DNA of 64,000 nucleotides. Origin: Patiria miniata. Its lineage: Eukaryota. Positions 63,177-64,000 of this stretch are shown piece after piece (within the stretch, counting starts at the first letter, position 1; each line of letters opens with the position of its first letter). The notes below the pieces were generated by a model. The model made no database searches. It had not been told where the DNA came from and was given only the letters and a program-made list of their open reading frames with translations. The position numbers and the translations under genes were made by a program. The DNA is taken from NCBI RefSeq assembly GCF_015706575.1, contig NW_024037060.1, positions 2,792,515-2,856,514 of the forward strand, given 5' to 3'.

Positions 63177-63272
63177 ACCCATCTGGGAGAAATCCTTGCT
63201 CGACCTCAGGTTTACCCGCAATACAAGAGTTACATGGATGTGTACAGTGCATGCAATTTGCTCACGACGCAG
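63177..63272 (+). CDS. GDA: GDA exon 7B, a tandem paralogue of exon 7A: THLGEILARPQVYPQYKSYMDVYSACNLLTTQ. It is phase 0-0, 96 nt long, and lies 98 nt downstream of 7A.
   Basis: It matches the same GDA protein segment as 7A, with HxxE retained and the PQ(F/Y).SY…VY.AC.LLT core conserved. It has its own acceptor cattattag and its own donor GTAAAA. This candidate is either a mutually exclusive alternative exon or a decaying duplicate. Confidence 0.55.
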
Positions 63273-64000
63273 GTAAAACGTCCAGCGATACCGATAAAAC
63301 AAATACTGACCTTTCGTTTTTTTAACTTACCCAACTTTCTTTGCTGCATGATGTTACCCCACCTCTTCAGAGCTAAAAACATGCACGTGGGCCTAACTCT
63401 CGCACACACGAGAGGCTTTTTAGATATAATTTGGCTGTGCAATCAGTTCACCAGGAACAAGCATGGTAGATAATGTGCTTTTCCTTTAACCACACTCCTC
63501 AATCCTCCACAAAATCTTCCAGGCAGTTTTGGAGGATTGAGGCAGTGGTCATCCCTCCACTGATTAAATTCACGAAACAAAGAATGATTTTGGAGGATTG
63601 AGGCTAAAGCTGTTTTTTACATGGTGGCAATTGGAGGATTTTGCAGGATTTTTTGGTGGTTCCCAACCAAAAGGGCCTTACTCCAAAGTAAACTTAACTG
63701 TAGACTAAAATTTGCTGTTAAACTACTTAGCATTTGTTAGTGTTTATTCATACGACCCATTTGGTCATTCGAATGAACACTAGCATTTGCTTTTACTGCT
63801 AATGGTTTAGCATTTGCTCGCATCTGTATGAATAAAAATGAAGGAAACCCTTTTACTGAAAAGAATTTGCACAAAAAAAAACTGAACCTTTTGCTTATTT
63901 TACTTTTTGAATCTTAGCTATTAGAATTTGCTTTATTTCGTATAAATAAAAAACATGCGTTGCAATTGCTGTTTGTTGAAACTTCCCAGCATTTGCAAAT

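Noticed and set aside
63273-63473. A read-through ORF after GDA exon 7B (…VKRPAIPIKQ…AKNMHVGLTLAHTRGFLDIIW…).
   Set aside because: It does not align to the next GDA segment (TVMAHGCYLSAEEL…). It is most likely intron sequence, and the next true exon probably lies beyond the window.

Overview
This window is eukaryotic nuclear DNA, not prokaryotic. Evidence: low coding density, GT/GC-AG introns of about 0.1-3.5 kb with polypyrimidine tracts, Kozak-like ATG contexts, MITE-type repeats, a (CCAG)n microsatellite and interstitial TTAGGG. The domain repertoire (HYR, LDLa, FZ, CUB mosaics), TTAGGG and abundant G/C homopolymer tracts suggest an invertebrate deuterostome-like animal, but the organism is unresolved. 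I can support five protein-coding loci. (1) Minus strand, 912-9840, partial and continuing beyond the window start: a type II transmembrane mosaic protein with a TM anchor, HYR, three LDLa repeats, a Frizzled CRD and a CUB domain, one domain per exon. (2) Plus strand, 33713-43248 and onward: a thioredoxin-domain transmembrane protein of the PDI/TMX family with unusual active-site motifs. (3) Plus strand, 47247-51424: a complete seven-exon secreted proteinase-K-type subtilase (S8A) with an I9 propeptide, a D/H/S catalytic triad and two GC-AG introns. (4) Minus strand, 53576-54801: an intronless Ig-superfamily type I receptor-like gene with an apparent 1-nt frameshift inside its V-set domain. 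(5) Plus strand, 56809 to the window end, partial: guanine deaminase (GDA), including a tandemly duplicated pair of homologous exons. The region 10-33 kb is gene-poor and repeat-rich. It carries several MITE families, an inverted pair of hAT-like elements bracketing the first exons of the subtilase gene, a 500-bp foldback that overlaps a splice donor, and many G/C homopolymer hairpins. Several 'M' starts in the supplied ORF track are actually TTG/CTG/GTG codons, so I did not rely on the track's start positions.
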